A stretch of DNA of 63,005 nucleotides, the filler included, from Choristocarpus tenellus KU-1152 (taxonomy: Eukaryota; Protista; Phaeophyceae): assembly GCA_964200185.2 (NCBI GenBank). It is 11 parts of 11 records of this genome, joined end to end, with 100 filler letters (N's around TTAATTAATTAA, not from the genome) between each part and the next. Parts side by side here need not be neighbours in the genome. Positions count along the whole stretch, not along the records: positions 58,288 to 63,005 come from CAXNAD020013357.1; 10 more parts are not named here. One strand, given 5' to 3'. The translations under genes and the position numbers were made by a program. Position 1 is the stretch's first letter, and every line of letters starts with the position of its first letter. The notes beneath the pieces are model-generated. The model searched no databases. It saw only the letters and a list, made by a program, of their open reading frames with translations, and had not been told where the DNA came from. This document shows positions 62,966 to 63,005 of this stretch, one piece after another.

Positions 62966-63005
62966 GACTCAAAGTATCTGGGAGGGGGTGGCGGCTGTCC
63001 ATTTG
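62966..63005 (+). mobile_element. MITE family B 5' end (cut by window edge)
   Basis: GACTCAAAGTATCTGGGAGGGGGTGGCGGCTGTCCATTTG matches 5341-5380. Confidence 0.85.

Overview
Eukaryotic, intron-rich, repeat-rich genomic DNA from a flagellated organism with a meiosis gene. A stramenopile or brown-algal affinity is my inference from gene and TE style, not a demonstrated fact. The window is not contiguous: 11 identical 100-bp linkers (N44-TTAATTAATTAA-N44, stops in all six frames) split it into 12 short contigs, so adjacency across linkers is unreliable. Host genes, mostly partial, are CFAP91/MAATS1 (-), an EF-hand + ankyrin protein (-), a WW-domain protein (-), MND1 (-), a DmX/RAV1-like WD40 protein (+) and one complete 3-exon 267-aa gene of unknown function that resembles a fungal hypothetical family. 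Mobile DNA includes an intron-containing Sola/DUF7869-type DDD transposase pseudogene, a DD39D-type mariner, a decayed hAT, two tandem internally deleted Ty1/copia elements, a solo LTR and other LTR fragments. There is also a dense set of three MITE families (A, B, C; about 17 copies or fragments) that share one TIR core (AAAGTATCT), appear to nest into each other's ends and show CpG-decay mutations. I found no rRNA, tRNA or CRISPR array. All family assignments come from motif recognition by eye; no database search was run.
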